Assembly: GCA_963761335.1 (NCBI GenBank)
Contig: CAVXGR010000024.1
Span: forward strand, 128,001 to 192,000
DNA length: 64,000 nt
Source of the DNA: an uncultured delta proteobacterium
Lineage (GTDB): Bacteria > Desulfobacterota > Binatia > HRBIN30 > BPIQ01
Direction of reading: 5' to 3'
Part shown: piece by piece, positions 28,832 to 45,276 of the stretch
How the letters are laid out: each line of letters starts with the position of its first letter
Position numbering within the stretch: the first letter of the stretch is position 1
The notes under the pieces: generated by a model
What the model was told of the DNA's origin: nothing
What the model saw: only the letters and a program-made list of their open reading frames with translations
Database searches by the model: none
Made by a program: the position numbers and the translations under genes

Positions 28832-29061
28832 CGTCTTCGCTCCTGGCTCCGAAGCCGGCATGGCGCCGTAGCCGCACGAGGGGGACGGAGGTGGAGCTTG
28901 CCGCGGTCCTCGGCCGCAAGCGGCGACAATGGTCCGAGACCGAGTCGATCGAGTCTCAAGGCGTCGATCTCGCCGGCGGTGATGCGGCCGTCGGACGCGA
29001 TTACGGCGACGGCGAGTCGGGCAACCAGGCGCCTGGGGTGGGTTTCCGGGATGCGGTCCAT
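28828..29061 (-). pseudogene. Short TerB-like ORF, probably truncated
   Basis: LAVAVIASDGRITAGEID matches the first TerB A/SDG..E motif; no second half; ATGA overlap with the YgaP-family gene. Confidence 0.5.
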
Positions 29062-29090
29062 TTTGCGCTTCCCTCTAGAAGTCACGCGTG

Positions 29091-29107
29091 AGCCAAGCGC
29101 GTGCCAA
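29091..29107 (-). promoter_or_regulatory. Sigma54 -24/-12 promoter
   Basis: TTGGCACGCGCTTGGCT (GG-N10-GC), about 30 nt upstream of the 29061 start. Confidence 0.65.
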
Positions 29108-29199
29108 GACGAAACGCGGGCAGCGGGACCGCGGCGTCGCCGGCCGCATCCCACCGATGCGTCCGGCCCGCTACGGGGATTCCCGTAGCTGGGAAGCGG

Positions 29200-30879
29200 T
29201 CAGCCTTCGGAGGTCGGTATTGGCTCCCGCGGCAGGTGAATGCGGAAGACGGACCCCTGGCCGACGACGCTCTCGACCTCGATGGATCCGCCGAGCATCG
29301 CCAGGAGACGCTGCACGATGTAGAGGCCGAGCCCAACGCCTCCGAAGCGGCGGGTGCTGGAGCTGTCGCCCTGGCGGAAGGGCTCGAAGATGATCGGCAG
29401 GGTCTCGGCGTCGATGCCCACTCCGGTATCGGACACGGTGATGTCGACGCCGCCGTCGTCGTTGGCTTTCGCCCTGACTGTGATCGTTCCCTGCTCGGTG
29501 AACTTGATGGCGTTGCCGACGAGATTCTTGAGCACGACCTTCAGCTTGGCGGGATCGGAGACCACCTCCGGCAGGGGCCCTTCGGCGGCGAGCGTGAGCT
29601 TGAGACCGCGGCGCTGGCTCAGCTCGCGGGTCTCGGCCTCCACCTGATCGAGAATTTCCGGCAGGCAAACCTTCTCGAGATCGAGTGGGGCATGCCCGGA
29701 CTCCAGACGGCTCAGGTTCAGGGTGGCGTTGATCAGATCCAGGAGCTGGCGCGTGCTGGTGTCGATGCGGCGGAAGACTTGCTCCTGCTCCGGGGCGAGA
29801 GAACCGAAAGCCCCATCGAGGAGGAGATCGCTGTATCCCATGATCACGTTGAGGGGCGTGCGCAGCTCGTGCGACATGGTGGCGACGAACTCCGACTTGA
29901 GTCGGCTGGCGCGGGCCAGCTCGTCCATCAGACGCGCCTGCTCGAGTGCCAGAGAGGCGAGCTGCGCCAGACCCGCGCCGATGCGCAGCTCGTCCGCATT
30001 GAAGCTCTCACCGTGACGGCGCTCGGCGACGAGGAGGCCGATGACCTCGTTGCCGCGCCGCAGGGCGCTGCACAGCTGCGCGCCGCTGCCGGTCTTGTGC
30101 CCGAGATCCCCGTCCGGGGGCATGTCGATCAGGACCGCGTCGGCGTTGTCCAGCTGCTCGAGGGCTCTGGAGATCGCCGCTTCCGGAGTCGACAGACTGC
30201 GAACCACCGCTTCGCGCTCGCGCAGAGCATCGTGACCGGTCATCGCCACAACGGCGATCCCCTCCTCTTCCGGCCGCAGCATGAAAGTCGTGCAGGTGTC
30301 GCACTTGAGCACGTCGGCGGCTACGCCGCAGAGTCGGTCGATGAGCGCCGGGGAATCGAGGGCCGAGATCAGCTCGCTGCCAACCTGCGCCAAGGCCTGG
30401 GACACCAGAGCTTCGCTGCGGAGCGCCGCCTCGGCGCGGCGCCGCTCGCGGCGGACCTTCGCCTCGCGCAGCTCCCGATCGATGGCCGGGAGGAGGCGCG
30501 CCAGGTTCCCTTTCATGATGTAGTCGTGGGCTCCCTGCTTCATCGCCGCCACGGCGATCTCCTCGCCGATGCTCCCGGAAACGATGATGAAGGGGAGGTC
30601 GATTCCGTCCTCCTGGACCACCGCCAGGGCCTCCACGGCATCGAACCGGGGCAGGCCGTAGTCCGCTAGGACGAGGTCCCACTCCTGAGCGCTGAGAGCG
30701 CGGCGCAGCGACGCCGCGTCTTCCACTCGAGTCCAGTCGGGCCGGTAGCCGCCGCGCTGGATCTTGCGGATCAGCAGGAGAGCGTCGTCTTCAGAGTCTT
30801 CAACCAGCAGAACCCGGAGCTGGCGCCCCTGGCGTTCGGTGGTGCCGTCATCCAGCCGGCTTGATTCGCGTCGATCCAT
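29200..30879 (-). CDS. Hybrid sensor kinase, REC-GAF-HisKA-HATPase
   Basis: LLVEDS/LADY REC domain, SHELRTPL, NAIKFT, DTGVG, GVGLGL. Confidence 0.95.
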   Translation of the reverse strand: MDRRESSRLDDGTTERQGRQLRVLLVEDSEDDALLLIRKIQRGGYRPDWTRVEDAASLRRALSAQEWDLVLADYGLPRFDAVEALAVVQEDGIDLPFIIVSGSIGEEIAVAAMKQGAHDYIMKGNLARLLPAIDRELREAKVRRERRRAEAALRSEALVSQALAQVGSELISALDSPALIDRLCGVAADVLKCDTCTTFMLRPEEEGIAVVAMTGHDALREREAVVRSLSTPEAAISRALEQLDNADAVLIDMPPDGDLGHKTGSGAQLCSALRRGNEVIGLLVAERRHGESFNADELRIGAGLAQLASLALEQARLMDELARASRLKSEFVATMSHELRTPLNVIMGYSDLLLDGAFGSLAPEQEQVFRRIDTSTRQLLDLINATLNLSRLESGHAPLDLEKVCLPEILDQVEAETRELSQRRGLKLTLAAEGPLPEVVSDPAKLKVVLKNLVGNAIKFTEQGTITVRAKANDDGGVDITVSDTGVGIDAETLPIIFEPFRQGDSSSTRRFGGVGLGLYIVQRLLAMLGGSIEVESVVGQGSVFRIHLPREPIPTSEG

Positions 30880-31103
30880 CGTCGTCGGTATCCCCTCATT
30901 TCGATGGTTGAGGGCGTGAGTTGGGGAGAAGCAGCATCAATACCAGGGATGCGGCCGACGGGATCTGGGTCGAAATCGAGCCCGCCAAATCGGGACGGCA
31001 GTATTATCAGGAACAAAGCGCCGCAATTTGTCACGCCACAAGAGAACCGTTTGACACTTCGGTCACCCTGCGCGTGACGACTACCGACGCGGGCCCGGCT
31101 TTG

Positions 31104-31523
31104 TCAACTGTCGGAATGCTCGACTCCGCCGGGGCAACAGCTGGCAATCATCTGCTTGAGGCGGTCGACGTCGAGGGGGAGCTGCAGGCACCTGACGCCG
31201 TTGCCGGCCTCGAGTGCCGAGCGGATGCGGACCGTCTCTTCCTCGGTCAAGAAGATGATGGGCACCTCCCGGCCCGCAGAGCGCACCTGCTGCATCAGGG
31301 TGATGCCGCAGACCTGGCCGGGGAGATGGACGTCGCTGATCACGGCGCCATACCGCTGAGTCGCCAGATGATTCAACGCTTCCTCTCCGGAGGCAGCGCA
31401 GTCGATCTGGTAACCGCAACGGCAGAGAATGCGGCGCAGCGTACTGCGGAAATTCTGGTTGCAGACGACCAGTAGCAACCGCCGGTTCTCCGCTCCCGCC
31501 TGGCGCTGTCCTTCTTCAGTCAT
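31104..31523 (-). CDS. Atypical stand-alone receiver (pseudo-receiver)
   Basis: REC pattern with SDVHLP and FLT kept, but VVCN replaces the acidic pair and LQLP replaces KP. Confidence 0.8.
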   Translation of the reverse strand: MTEEGQRQAGAENRRLLLVVCNQNFRSTLRRILCRCGYQIDCAASGEEALNHLATQRYGAVISDVHLPGQVCGITLMQQVRSAGREVPIIFLTEEETVRIRSALEAGNGVRCLQLPLDVDRLKQMIASCCPGGVEHSDS

Positions 31524-31542
31524 GTTCCCATGTTTGGCGGTG

Positions 31543-31559
31543 AGCAGAAACCATGCCGG
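31543..31559 (-). promoter_or_regulatory. Sigma54 -24/-12 promoter
   Basis: CCGGCATGGTTTCTGCT (GG-N10-GC), 20 nt upstream of the 31523 start. Confidence 0.55.
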
Positions 31560-31658
31560 AATCGCCCACAATCGTGGACGAACCGTTGTTCTTCGGATCC
31601 GTCGTGGCCGGTGGCTGACGTTGTAACAAAAGATGACTGCTCGAATCCCCGGACTGCT

Positions 31659-33012
<1,354 letters not shown>

Positions 33013-33020
<8 letters not shown>

Positions 33021-34692
33021 GGGCGACGGGCAGTGCCGCGATCTCTCCCTGACACTGGCAGGGAAGCTCGATGCGGAAGGTCGTTCCTTTGCCGACCTGA
33101 CTGTGGACGTGGATGTCGCCGCGGAAGCGTTTCACCACGCTGTGCACCACCGAGAGCCCGAGGCCGGTGCCCTGCCCGGGGGCCTTGGTGGTGAAGAAGG
33201 GATTGAAGATGTCCCGCAGGTGATCCTCGGGAATGCCGATGCCGGTGTCCCTGAACTCGAGCAGCACCCGGTTGTCGGGAAGCGTCGCGGTGCGCAGGCG
33301 CAGCTCGCCGCCGTTGGGCATCGCCTGCACGGCGTTGGTGATCAGGTTGAGAAGAATCTGCCGCAGGGCATTGGTGTTGGCCATGCAGCTGGGGAGCGTG
33401 CCGAAATCAGTGAGCACGCGCACGTCGTTGTTCTGCAGCGACTTGTTCATCAGCTGCAGGGTGCGGCGCAGGAGCTCGTTGATGTCCACCGCCTCGAGCT
33501 CGGCGCGGGACTCGCGCGAGAACTCGAGCAGCGTGTCGATGATCGCCTGCACCCGCGCCATCTCCTCCTTGGCGATCTGCAGGTCCTCGGAAACGTCGGC
33601 ACTCTTGGCGTCGATGATCTCCCCGAGATCGTAGAGGGCGTTCATGATGATGCCGAGGGGATTGCGGATCTCGTGGGCGATGCCGGCCGCCAGCTGGCCG
33701 ATCGCGGCCATCTTCTCCGATTGAATCAGCTGGCTTTCCAGGCGCTTGCGCTCGGAGATGTCGATGCAGATCGCCTGCAGGAAGCGGTGCGATCCGAACT
33801 CGATGCGTCCGGCGTTGAAGAACATCGGCACCAGGTCGCCGCGGCGGTTCATCAGATTGAGGTCGTCGCGGTTGGCGTGCCCGCGGTGCCGCGCCTCCTC
33901 GAAGAGCTTCTCGACGCGGGGCCGGGCGCTTCCCGGCAACAGGTCCCAGATGCGCATGCCGAGGAGCTCGTCGCGGGTGTAGCCCAGGACCTTCTCGGCG
34001 ATCAGGCTGGCGTAGAGGATCGAGCCGTCGTCGTAGTCGAGCTCGAAGATCGCCGCCGGCGCATGGTCGATCGAGCGGCGGTAGCTCGCCTCGTGCTCGC
34101 GCAGCTCCTCCTCTCGGCCCTCGACGAAGAAGTCGGTGATGTGCAGGATGCGCTCCTGAAACTCCTGCTGCAGCAACGCCAGCAGCGCGTCGCGCTTGTC
34201 CGGATCTCCGGCGTGAACGGCGCGCAGGTGATCGGCAATGATGGCGCGCATCTTCATCTGCGTGGCCAGGAAGCGGGAGGGCGGGAAATGCGAGATGAAG
34301 CCGTGGCGGGCGTGGCTGCGAATGTAGGCGTAGGTCTCGGCGTCGTCCGGGTTCTCGATGTGGCGAATCCAGCGCTCGGTGGCGTCGTGAATGGCGCTGC
34401 GCAGGGAGCCGAGCTCGGCGTCGCGGATGACGAAGGCCTCGGAGATCTGCTCAACCCACTGATCGACCGTACGCGCCAGACGAGCCCGCATGAACTCGGC
34501 GAGCTCGCGCCGGAGCTCGCTGGCGTGCCGCGGGTGCGGAAGGAGGGCACAGCCGCGCATGTAGGCCTCGATGCGCTTCAGGTGCTCCTGGAGTGACTCG
34601 TCCGGCGTCGGCTTGATGGCGAGATCGGGGCGCTCGCCGTCGCCGCCGCGCTTGCTGCCCGAGGAGAGCGGTACTCCGTAACGGTCTTCCAT
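33013..34692 (-). CDS. Cytoplasmic sensor histidine kinase (globin-like/RsbR-N domain, PAS, HisKA, HATPase)
   Basis: No TM helix; [26 protein letters not shown]; helical N-terminal sensor domain. Confidence 0.93.
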
Positions 34693-34809
34693 GCTGGCTC
34701 ACTGTCCGATTGCGACCGATGGTGCCAGAATGGCGCGGAATCGCAAGAGATTGGCGGGCCCGACGCGGCGTCTACTCTGCCGGTCGTCCGATCTGCTATA
34801 GGGAGCTGC

Positions 34810-36819
<2,010 letters not shown>

Positions 36820-36834
36820 GCGAAGAGCGGGGAA

Positions 36835-38118
36835 ATGGCAGATCAACTGATCGTCCGCGGAGGCCGCCGGCTGCGCGGCACGGTGTCGGTGGCGGGGAAC
36901 AAGAACGCTGCCGGGCCGGTGCTCGCCGCGGCGCTGCTCACCGACGCGCCGCTGCGCCTGGGGAACATTCCCGAGATCGGCGACGTGCAGGTGTTCATCG
37001 GCCTGCTTCGGCAGCTCGGGGTCGAGGTCGAGCGCCACGGCGAGCACGGCTGGGCGGTGTCGGCGGCGCGCGCCTCGAGCACGCGCGTCGACCCGCATCT
37101 CGGCCGCAAGGTACGCATGTCTCTGCTGCTCGCCGGGCCGGTGCTGGCGCGGCTCGGCCGCGCCGAGCTGCCGCCGCCGGGAGGGGACGTCATCGGCCGG
37201 CGCCGCATCGACACCCATCTGCTGGCCCTGCGCGCCCTCGGGGCCAAGGTGGAGAGCGGCCGCGACGGCTACCTGCTGAGCGCCAGCCGCCTGCGGGGCG
37301 CCGAGATCCTGCTCGACGAGATGAGCGTCACCGCGACCGAGAACGCCGTCATGGCCGCGACCCTCGCCGAGGGCTCGACGGTCATCCGCAACGCCGCTTC
37401 GGAGCCGCACGTGCAGGATCTCTGCACTCTTCTCAACGCCATGGGGGCGCGCATCAGCGGCATCGGCACCAATCAGCTGGTGATCGACGGCGTGTCGTCG
37501 CTGCACGGGGCCGAGTTCCGCATCGGTCCGGACTATCTCGAGGTGGGCAGCTTCATCGGCCTGGCCGCCGTCACCCGCAGCGCCCTGCGCATCGCCGACT
37601 GCCGCCCCGCGGAGCACGGCATGAGCCGCATCATGTTCAACCGCCTGGGTATCGACTGGCACGTGGACGGCGAGGACATCGTCGTCCCCGAAAGTCAGGC
37701 TCTGGAGGTGCTCGAGGACGACGGTCACGCCGTGCCGAAGATCGACGATGCCCCCTGGCCCGGGTTTCCGGCGGACCTGATCAGCATCGCCACGGTGGCC
37801 GCGACCCAGACGAGGGGATCGGTGCTCATCCACGAGAAGCTCTACGAGAGTCGGCTGTATTTCGTCGACCGCCTGATCTCGATGGGCGCCCGCATCGTCC
37901 TCTGCGACCCGCACCGCGCCGTGGTCATCGGCCCCGCCCAGCTCTACGGCCAGAATCTGGTGAGCCCCGATATCCGTGCCGGCATGGCCCTTCTCATCGC
38001 CGCCCTCTGCGCCGAGGGCGAGAGCGTCATCCAGAACGTCGATCAGATCGATCGCGGATACGAGCGCATCGAGAGCCGCTTCCTGGCGCTCGGCGCCGAC
38101 ATCCGCCGGGCGGAGTAG
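36835..38118 (+). CDS. murA: UDP-N-acetylglucosamine 1-carboxyvinyltransferase (Asp-type)
   Basis: [34 protein letters not shown]. Confidence 0.96.
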   Translation: MADQLIVRGGRRLRGTVSVAGNKNAAGPVLAAALLTDAPLRLGNIPEIGDVQVFIGLLRQLGVEVERHGEHGWAVSAARASSTRVDPHLGRKVRMSLLLAGPVLARLGRAELPPPGGDVIGRRRIDTHLLALRALGAKVESGRDGYLLSASRLRGAEILLDEMSVTATENAVMAATLAEGSTVIRNAASEPHVQDLCTLLNAMGARISGIGTNQLVIDGVSSLHGAEFRIGPDYLEVGSFIGLAAVTRSALRIADCRPAEHGMSRIMFNRLGIDWHVDGEDIVVPESQALEVLEDDGHAVPKIDDAPWPGFPADLISIATVAATQTRGSVLIHEKLYESRLYFVDRLISMGARIVLCDPHRAVVIGPAQLYGQNLVSPDIRAGMALLIAALCAEGESVIQNVDQIDRGYERIESRFLALGADIRRAE

Positions 38119-38127
38119 GACAGGGCG

Positions 38128-39540
38128 GTGGCCGACGCCTTCAGCGACTCCGTGCGTGGCACCATCCTGCGGGAGCGAATGGTGCCCCCCGGCGCCCGTG
38201 TGCTGGTGGCGCTCTCGGGCGGGCCGGACTCGGTCGCCTTGCTGGCGGCTCTCGTCGAGCTGCGCCAGGCGCTGGCCGCGTCGGTCACCGCGGCGCATCT
38301 CAATCACCGGCTGCGCGGGGCCGCCGCCGATGCCGACGAGCGGCTCGCCGTCGAGGTGGCGTCGCACCTGGGGGTCGGCCTCCGCCTCGAGCGCCTGCCG
38401 GCGGGGGCGCTGGAGCACTCCGCGGGCGGGCTCGAGCAGGCGGCCCGAAGGGCGCGCTATGGCTTCCTGCACGCCGCCGCAGCGGCAGAGGGCTGCGGGC
38501 GCATCGCCACCGGCCACACGCGCGACGATCAGGCCGAGACCGTTCTTCTGCGGCTGCTGCGCGGCAGCGGTCCGACGGGTCTCTCGGGCATCCGCGCCGT
38601 GCGCGGCGACGGCGTGGTACGACCGCTGATCGATGTCGGCCGGCAGGAGGTGCTCGCCTATCTCGAGCGGCGGCGGCTGCCCTTCGCGCGCGATGCCTCC
38701 AACCAGGATCCTCGCTTCACGCGCAACCGCATCCGCCTCGAGCTGCTGCCGCTGATGCGCAGGTTCAATCCGCGCGTCGCCGAGCAGCTCGCTGCCCTCG
38801 GGCGCGATCTCGGCGCTCGGGCGGAGACCGAGACGGAGCTGGCGGCGGAGCTGGCGCGGCGGTGCAGCGATCCCGAGGGGGGCCTGGCGCTCAGCGGCCT
38901 CGGCGAGCTGCCACCGGCGGCACGTCGCGCCGTGCTGCGCGCCTGGCTGCAGCAGCGCCGCGGCGGACTGCGGCGGCTCGGCCGGCGCCACCTGCAAGCG
39001 GCGGCGGCCTGCGCGCACAGCGGCAGGCGTCTGGCGTTGCCGGGGGGCGAGGTGCTGGGCAACGAGCACGGCATTCTGCGCCTGTCGTTACTTGCCGAGG
39101 AGATGCCGGACGACGCCATCGAGCTGAACCAGGGGCAGGAAGTCTCCTTCCGCGGTCGCTGGCGTCTTCGCGCCGCCGAGATCTGCGGCCGCGGCGATCA
39201 CCGGCTTCCCGCGGCTCTCTCGGAGGCGGCGTTCGACGCCGATCAGCTGGAGCTGCCGCTGCGGGTTCGCCGCTGGAGAGCCGGAGACCGCATCCAGCCC
39301 TTGGGAATGGCCGGCCACCGCAAGCTCGCGGACATCTTCGTCGACCGCAAGGTGCCGCGTTCGCAGCGGCACTGGCTGCCGCTGGTGGAGTCGGCGGGAG
39401 AGATCGTCTGGGTGCCGGGAGTGGTGCGCAGCGCCCGGGCAACCATCAGCCCAGACACCTTGCGCCTCCTGCGTCTGGAGGCGGTGCGCAGCACGGCTTC
39501 GGGATCGCAGGCTCCCGATTCGGGGAGTCCGGCGGCGTAG
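38128..39540 (+). CDS. tilS: tRNA(Ile)-lysidine synthase
   Basis: SGGPDS, HTRDDQAET, RNRIR. Confidence 0.96.
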   Translation: MADAFSDSVRGTILRERMVPPGARVLVALSGGPDSVALLAALVELRQALAASVTAAHLNHRLRGAAADADERLAVEVASHLGVGLRLERLPAGALEHSAGGLEQAARRARYGFLHAAAAAEGCGRIATGHTRDDQAETVLLRLLRGSGPTGLSGIRAVRGDGVVRPLIDVGRQEVLAYLERRRLPFARDASNQDPRFTRNRIRLELLPLMRRFNPRVAEQLAALGRDLGARAETETELAAELARRCSDPEGGLALSGLGELPPAARRAVLRAWLQQRRGGLRRLGRRHLQAAAACAHSGRRLALPGGEVLGNEHGILRLSLLAEEMPDDAIELNQGQEVSFRGRWRLRAAEICGRGDHRLPAALSEAAFDADQLELPLRVRRWRAGDRIQPLGMAGHRKLADIFVDRKVPRSQRHWLPLVESAGEIVWVPGVVRSARATISPDTLRLLRLEAVRSTASGSQAPDSGSPAA

Positions 39541-39578
39541 AAAGATGAGCGCTGCGGCGCTCGACGAGGAGGACGGAC

Positions 39579-39986
39579 ATGAAACGAGTTGCCAGAGGAA
39601 TCCTGTTGGTCCTGGTCAGCGCCGCGCTGCCCGGGCTCGCCTATGCGCAGAAGGGCCCCTGCGCGGCCGACGTCGCCAAGCTGTGCGCCGGCGTGGAGCG
39701 GGGCCAGGGCCACGTCCGTCAATGTCTGCTGGCGCACCAGAGCGAGCTCTCGAAGGAATGCCAGGATCGCTTGGGGGCAGTGGAGGCCCAGAGAGCGCAG
39801 AAGCAGATGAAGATGGGGCTGGGAACCCCCGGGGCCGGCCAGCCGCCGCGCGGGCTGATCGAGTGCCGGCAGGATGTCCGCCAGCACTGCTCCGGGGTGC
39901 GCCGCGGCGGCGGGCGTATTCTGCAGTGCCTGCACGAGCACGAGGCCGAGCTCTCCGAGGGCTGCCGCAAGGCTCTCGGCAAGTGA
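39579..39986 (+). CDS. Secreted protein with two Cys-rich (GLG1-like) repeats
   Basis: Signal peptide; C..DV..LC.GV..G.G...QCL..H..ELS..C twice. Confidence 0.88.
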   Translation: MKRVARGILLVLVSAALPGLAYAQKGPCAADVAKLCAGVERGQGHVRQCLLAHQSELSKECQDRLGAVEAQRAQKQMKMGLGTPGAGQPPRGLIECRQDVRQHCSGVRRGGGRILQCLHEHEAELSEGCRKALGK

Positions 39987-40076
39987 GCCGGCGCTCGCTT
40001 CGGCGTGCCTGCCAGAGGATGATCACGGCGCCTCGGACCGCGCCGCCGGGGCGAGTGAATTATGCCGCAAACGGCG

Positions 40077-40105
40077 TTGCCGCGCTAATTGGCATGTGTT
40101 ACGCT
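40077..40105 (+). promoter_or_regulatory. Putative sigma70 promoter of ftsH
   Basis: TTGCCG-N17-TACGCT with TG extended -10. Confidence 0.5.
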
Positions 40106-40137
40106 TGCATCGGATTTTTGTCAGACTCGAGGAGAAG

Positions 40138-41979
<1,842 letters not shown>

Positions 41980-42158
41980 ACGGGTGTGACGGCGGCTTAG
42001 GGTTCCCTTTTCGGAACCGTTCTGACGATCATGCGGGGTGGCGGCCGGCGCCGCCGTTACCCCGCGCGGCGAGGGCGCGGTGGACCGCCGGGGTCGGCCG
42101 CGCCGGTTCGTTCTGCCGAGGCGGCGCCGAGGGCAGGGAAGAGGTGGGGCGGTAGGGC

Positions 42159-42905
42159 ATGGTCGATCTGTTCGCCAATTTTCGACTTCAGGACGTCGTC
42201 GACATTGCGATCATCGCCTTCATCATCTACCGCATCATCGACCTGATCCGCGGTACGCGCGCCGTCCAGATGCTCGCTGGTCTGGCGGTCGTCTTTCTCA
42301 TCTATTTCGCCTCCAAGACCTTCGAGCTGTACGCGCTCAACTGGATTCTCGACAACTTCCTCAGCTCCGTGTTGCTGGTGATCGTCGTCATCTTCCAGAA
42401 CGACATCCGCCGCGCCCTCGCCCAGGTCGGCAGCGGTCCTTTCTTCAGCCGCGAGAACCGCATGCAGACCCAGGATCTGGAGGAGATCACCAAGGCCAGC
42501 GTCACCCTCGCCAGCAAGCACATCGGTGGGCTCATCGTCTTCGAGCGGGACGTGGGCCTGAGCGAGTACATCGAGATCGGCACGCGGCTCGACGCCCGCG
42601 TCAGCAAGGAGCTGGTGAACAGCATCTTCATCCCCAGCTCGCCGATCCATGACGGCGCCCTCATCCTGCAGAAGGGCCGCATCACCGCCGCCGGCTGCTT
42701 CCTGCCACTGACCACAAACCCGCACGTGAGCAAGACGCTCGGCACCCGCCACCGCGCCGCCATCGGCCTCACCGAGGAGACCGACGCCGTTGCCATCGTC
42801 GTATCGGAGGAAGAGGGGAAGATCTCCCTCGTCCGCGAGGGGAGGATCACCCGCGACCTCGACGCCGGCACGCTGCGCACGACCTTGCAGCAGCTTCTCG
42901 GATGA
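42159..42905 (+). CDS. cdaA: Diadenylate cyclase CdaA
   Basis: Three TM helices, HDGA and RHRAA DAC motifs. Confidence 0.95.
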   Translation: MVDLFANFRLQDVVDIAIIAFIIYRIIDLIRGTRAVQMLAGLAVVFLIYFASKTFELYALNWILDNFLSSVLLVIVVIFQNDIRRALAQVGSGPFFSRENRMQTQDLEEITKASVTLASKHIGGLIVFERDVGLSEYIEIGTRLDARVSKELVNSIFIPSSPIHDGALILQKGRITAAGCFLPLTTNPHVSKTLGTRHRAAIGLTEETDAVAIVVSEEEGKISLVREGRITRDLDAGTLRTTLQQLLG

Positions 42906-43903
42906 GCCGCCGGCCGACAGAGGGGGGAACCGTGCGGCGCGCCTGGCAGCGCATCCGGCCGCTGCTCTGGGATCCGCCGCGCTGGCGCGCCGCGGTGCGC
43001 CGCAACCTGCTCCTCAAGGTCCTCTCCGTGCTCGCCGCCTTCTGCTTGTGGCTCTTCGTCAACGGCGGCGCTCGCGAGATGGAGCTGTCGCTGCAGGTGC
43101 CGCTGGAGCTGCGCAACATCCCCGCCAGCATGATGCTCATCAGCCCGCGCGTCGACTTCGTCGATGTCGTCGTCGCCGGCCCGCGGACCATTCTCGGCCG
43201 CATCGACCGCGGGCGACTGCTCATCCCTCTCGATCTCTCCGGCATGCGCCCCGGTCCCGCCGTCTTTCGCATCGGGGCCGAGTCGATCAATCTGCCGCGC
43301 GGCGTGAAGATCGCCCGCATCAACCCGAGCCAGGTGACCCTGGAGCTTGCCCGCATCGGCCGCAAGACCGTGCCCGTGCGCCTGGACCTCGAAGCGGGGC
43401 CGTCCGACGACCTGACGATCGCCTCGAGCAAGCTGGCCCCACAGCTGGTGGAGGTCGTCGGTCCGGCGAGCGATCTCTCCTCGATCGACCACGTCTCCAC
43501 CGAGCCGGTGACTGTGTCGGCGACCGAGCCGGGTCCGGTGCAGCTCGAGGTCGGCTTGCAGAGCCCCGGCGACTACTTCTCCCTGAGTGCCGAGCGTGCG
43601 GCCGTGGAGATCCGTCTCGAGGATCAGATGACGACTCGCGAGTTCCAGCAGAAGGTCGAGGTGCGCGACGCCGCCGCCCGATATACCCTCTCGCCGAAGG
43701 AGGTCCGCCTCACGCTGCGCGGTCCGAAGCGGATCCTGGAGCACCTTGAGCTCGATGCCGGGGCGGTCTATATCGACGCCTCAAAGGAAGGGCCCGGGAC
43801 GCACCTGGTGACTCCGAGCGTCGAGCTCCCGCGGGGCGTGGAGGTGACGGCGCAGGCTCCGGAGCGACTCCGCCTGCAGATCCGCAAGGAACGATCGCGC
43901 TGA
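42902..43903 (+). CDS. cdaR: CdaR/YbbR-like regulator
   Basis: Single TM plus YbbR-type repeats, between cdaA and glmM. Confidence 0.88.
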   Translation: MSRRPTEGGTVRRAWQRIRPLLWDPPRWRAAVRRNLLLKVLSVLAAFCLWLFVNGGAREMELSLQVPLELRNIPASMMLISPRVDFVDVVVAGPRTILGRIDRGRLLIPLDLSGMRPGPAVFRIGAESINLPRGVKIARINPSQVTLELARIGRKTVPVRLDLEAGPSDDLTIASSKLAPQLVEVVGPASDLSSIDHVSTEPVTVSATEPGPVQLEVGLQSPGDYFSLSAERAAVEIRLEDQMTTREFQQKVEVRDAAARYTLSPKEVRLTLRGPKRILEHLELDAGAVYIDASKEGPGTHLVTPSVELPRGVEVTAQAPERLRLQIRKERSR

Positions 43904-45276
43904 TGAGCTCACCCGCATCCCCGCAACCGCGCCGCCTGTTCGGCACGGACGGCATCCGCGGCCTCGCCAATCAGGAGCCGATGACCTCCGATATGGCCTT
44001 GCAGCTCGGCCGCGCCGTGGCGCGGGTCTTCCGCAGCCACGACGGCCGGCCGCGGCTGGTGATCGGCAAGGACACCCGGCTGTCCGGCTACATGCTGGAG
44101 AGCGCCCTCACCTCCGGGATCTGCTCGATGGGGGCCGACGCCTTGCTCGTCGGACCGATGCCGACGCCGGGGATCGCCTTTCTCACCCGCGGCCTGCGCG
44201 CCGATGCCGGCGTGGTGATCTCGGCGTCGCACAATCCTTTTCAGGACAACGGCATCAAGTTCTTCTCGCGCAGCGGCTTCAAGCTCCCCGACGATCTCGA
44301 GCTGCAGATCGAGAAGCTGGTACTCGACGGTGGCCTCTCCGCGTCGCGGCCCACCGGTGCCGGCATCGGCCGGGCGATGCGCATCGACGACGCCCTCGGC
44401 CGCTACAATGTCTTCGTGAAGAACGCCTTTCCGCGCCACGCCACTCTCGAGGGGCTGCGGGTCGTCGTCGACTGCGCCAACGGCGCCGCCTATCGCATCG
44501 GCCCCGAGGTCCTCGAGGAGCTCGGCGCCGAGGTCACGGCCCTCGGCGTCGATCCCGACGGCCGCAACATCAACGCCGGCTGCGGCGCCCTGCATCCGGA
44601 GGCCCTGTGCCGCACGGTGGTGGAGAGCGGCGCCGATATCGGCATTGCCTTCGACGGCGATGCCGATCGCGCCCTGTTCGTCGACGAGACCGGCGCTCTG
44701 GTGGACGGCGACGAGACCATGGCGATGCTGGCCCTCGACCTGCATCGCCGCGGCTTCCTGAAGCAGGCGACGGTGGTGAGCACGGTGATGAGCAATCTCG
44801 GCCTGCAGCTGGCTCTCGAAGAGCACGGCATCGAGCTGCGCCGCACGCCGGTGGGCGATCGCTACGTGGTCGACGAGATGCTGCGCGGCGACTGCGTTCT
44901 CGGCGGCGAGCAATCCGGTCACATCGTGCAGCTCGACCACACGACCACCGGCGACGGCATGATCACCGCCATGGGCGTGCTGCGCCTCATGGTCGAGACC
45001 GAGCAGCCCCTGAGCCGCCTCAAGCAGGTGATGACGAAGATGCCGCAGGTGCTGCTCAACGTGCGTGTCGGCCGCCGCTGCGCCCTCGAGTCGGTGCCGC
45101 CCGTGGCGCGCCTCATTTCCCGCGTCGAGGAGGAGCTCGGCCCGCGGGCGCGGGTGCTGGTGCGCTACTCGGGGACTGAGCCGCTGCTGCGGGTGATGGT
45201 CGAAGGCGAGAGCGCCGAGCGGATCACCGCCGCCGCCGAGGAGATTGCCGCAGCCGCTCGCAGCCATCTCGCATGA
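43903..45276 (+). CDS. glmM: Phosphoglucosamine mutase
   Basis: [26 protein letters not shown]. Confidence 0.97.
   Translation: MSSPASPQPRRLFGTDGIRGLANQEPMTSDMALQLGRAVARVFRSHDGRPRLVIGKDTRLSGYMLESALTSGICSMGADALLVGPMPTPGIAFLTRGLRADAGVVISASHNPFQDNGIKFFSRSGFKLPDDLELQIEKLVLDGGLSASRPTGAGIGRAMRIDDALGRYNVFVKNAFPRHATLEGLRVVVDCANGAAYRIGPEVLEELGAEVTALGVDPDGRNINAGCGALHPEALCRTVVESGADIGIAFDGDADRALFVDETGALVDGDETMAMLALDLHRRGFLKQATVVSTVMSNLGLQLALEEHGIELRRTPVGDRYVVDEMLRGDCVLGGEQSGHIVQLDHTTTGDGMITAMGVLRLMVETEQPLSRLKQVMTKMPQVLLNVRVGRRCALESVPPVARLISRVEEELGPRARVLVRYSGTEPLLRVMVEGESAERITAAAEEIAAAARSHLA

Noticed and set aside
34711..34728. TGGCAC/TGGCRT sigma54-like motifs upstream of the kinase at 34692, the hybrid kinase (about 31022-31038) and cytochrome c (about 26213-26229)
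   Set aside because: GG-to-GC spacing is 11, 11 and 9 nt rather than the strict 10
40089..40105. Sigma54-like motif upstream of ftsH
   Set aside because: Spacing fits but the -12 element is poor; an overlapping sigma70 extended -10 promoter explains it better
41980..42158. folP remnant between ftsH and cdaA
   Set aside because: No FolP-like residues seen in the short ORFs crossing this gap
42159..45276. c-di-AMP cdaA-cdaR-glmM cassette as a novelty
   Set aside because: Well-known conserved arrangement, also established in deltaproteobacteria
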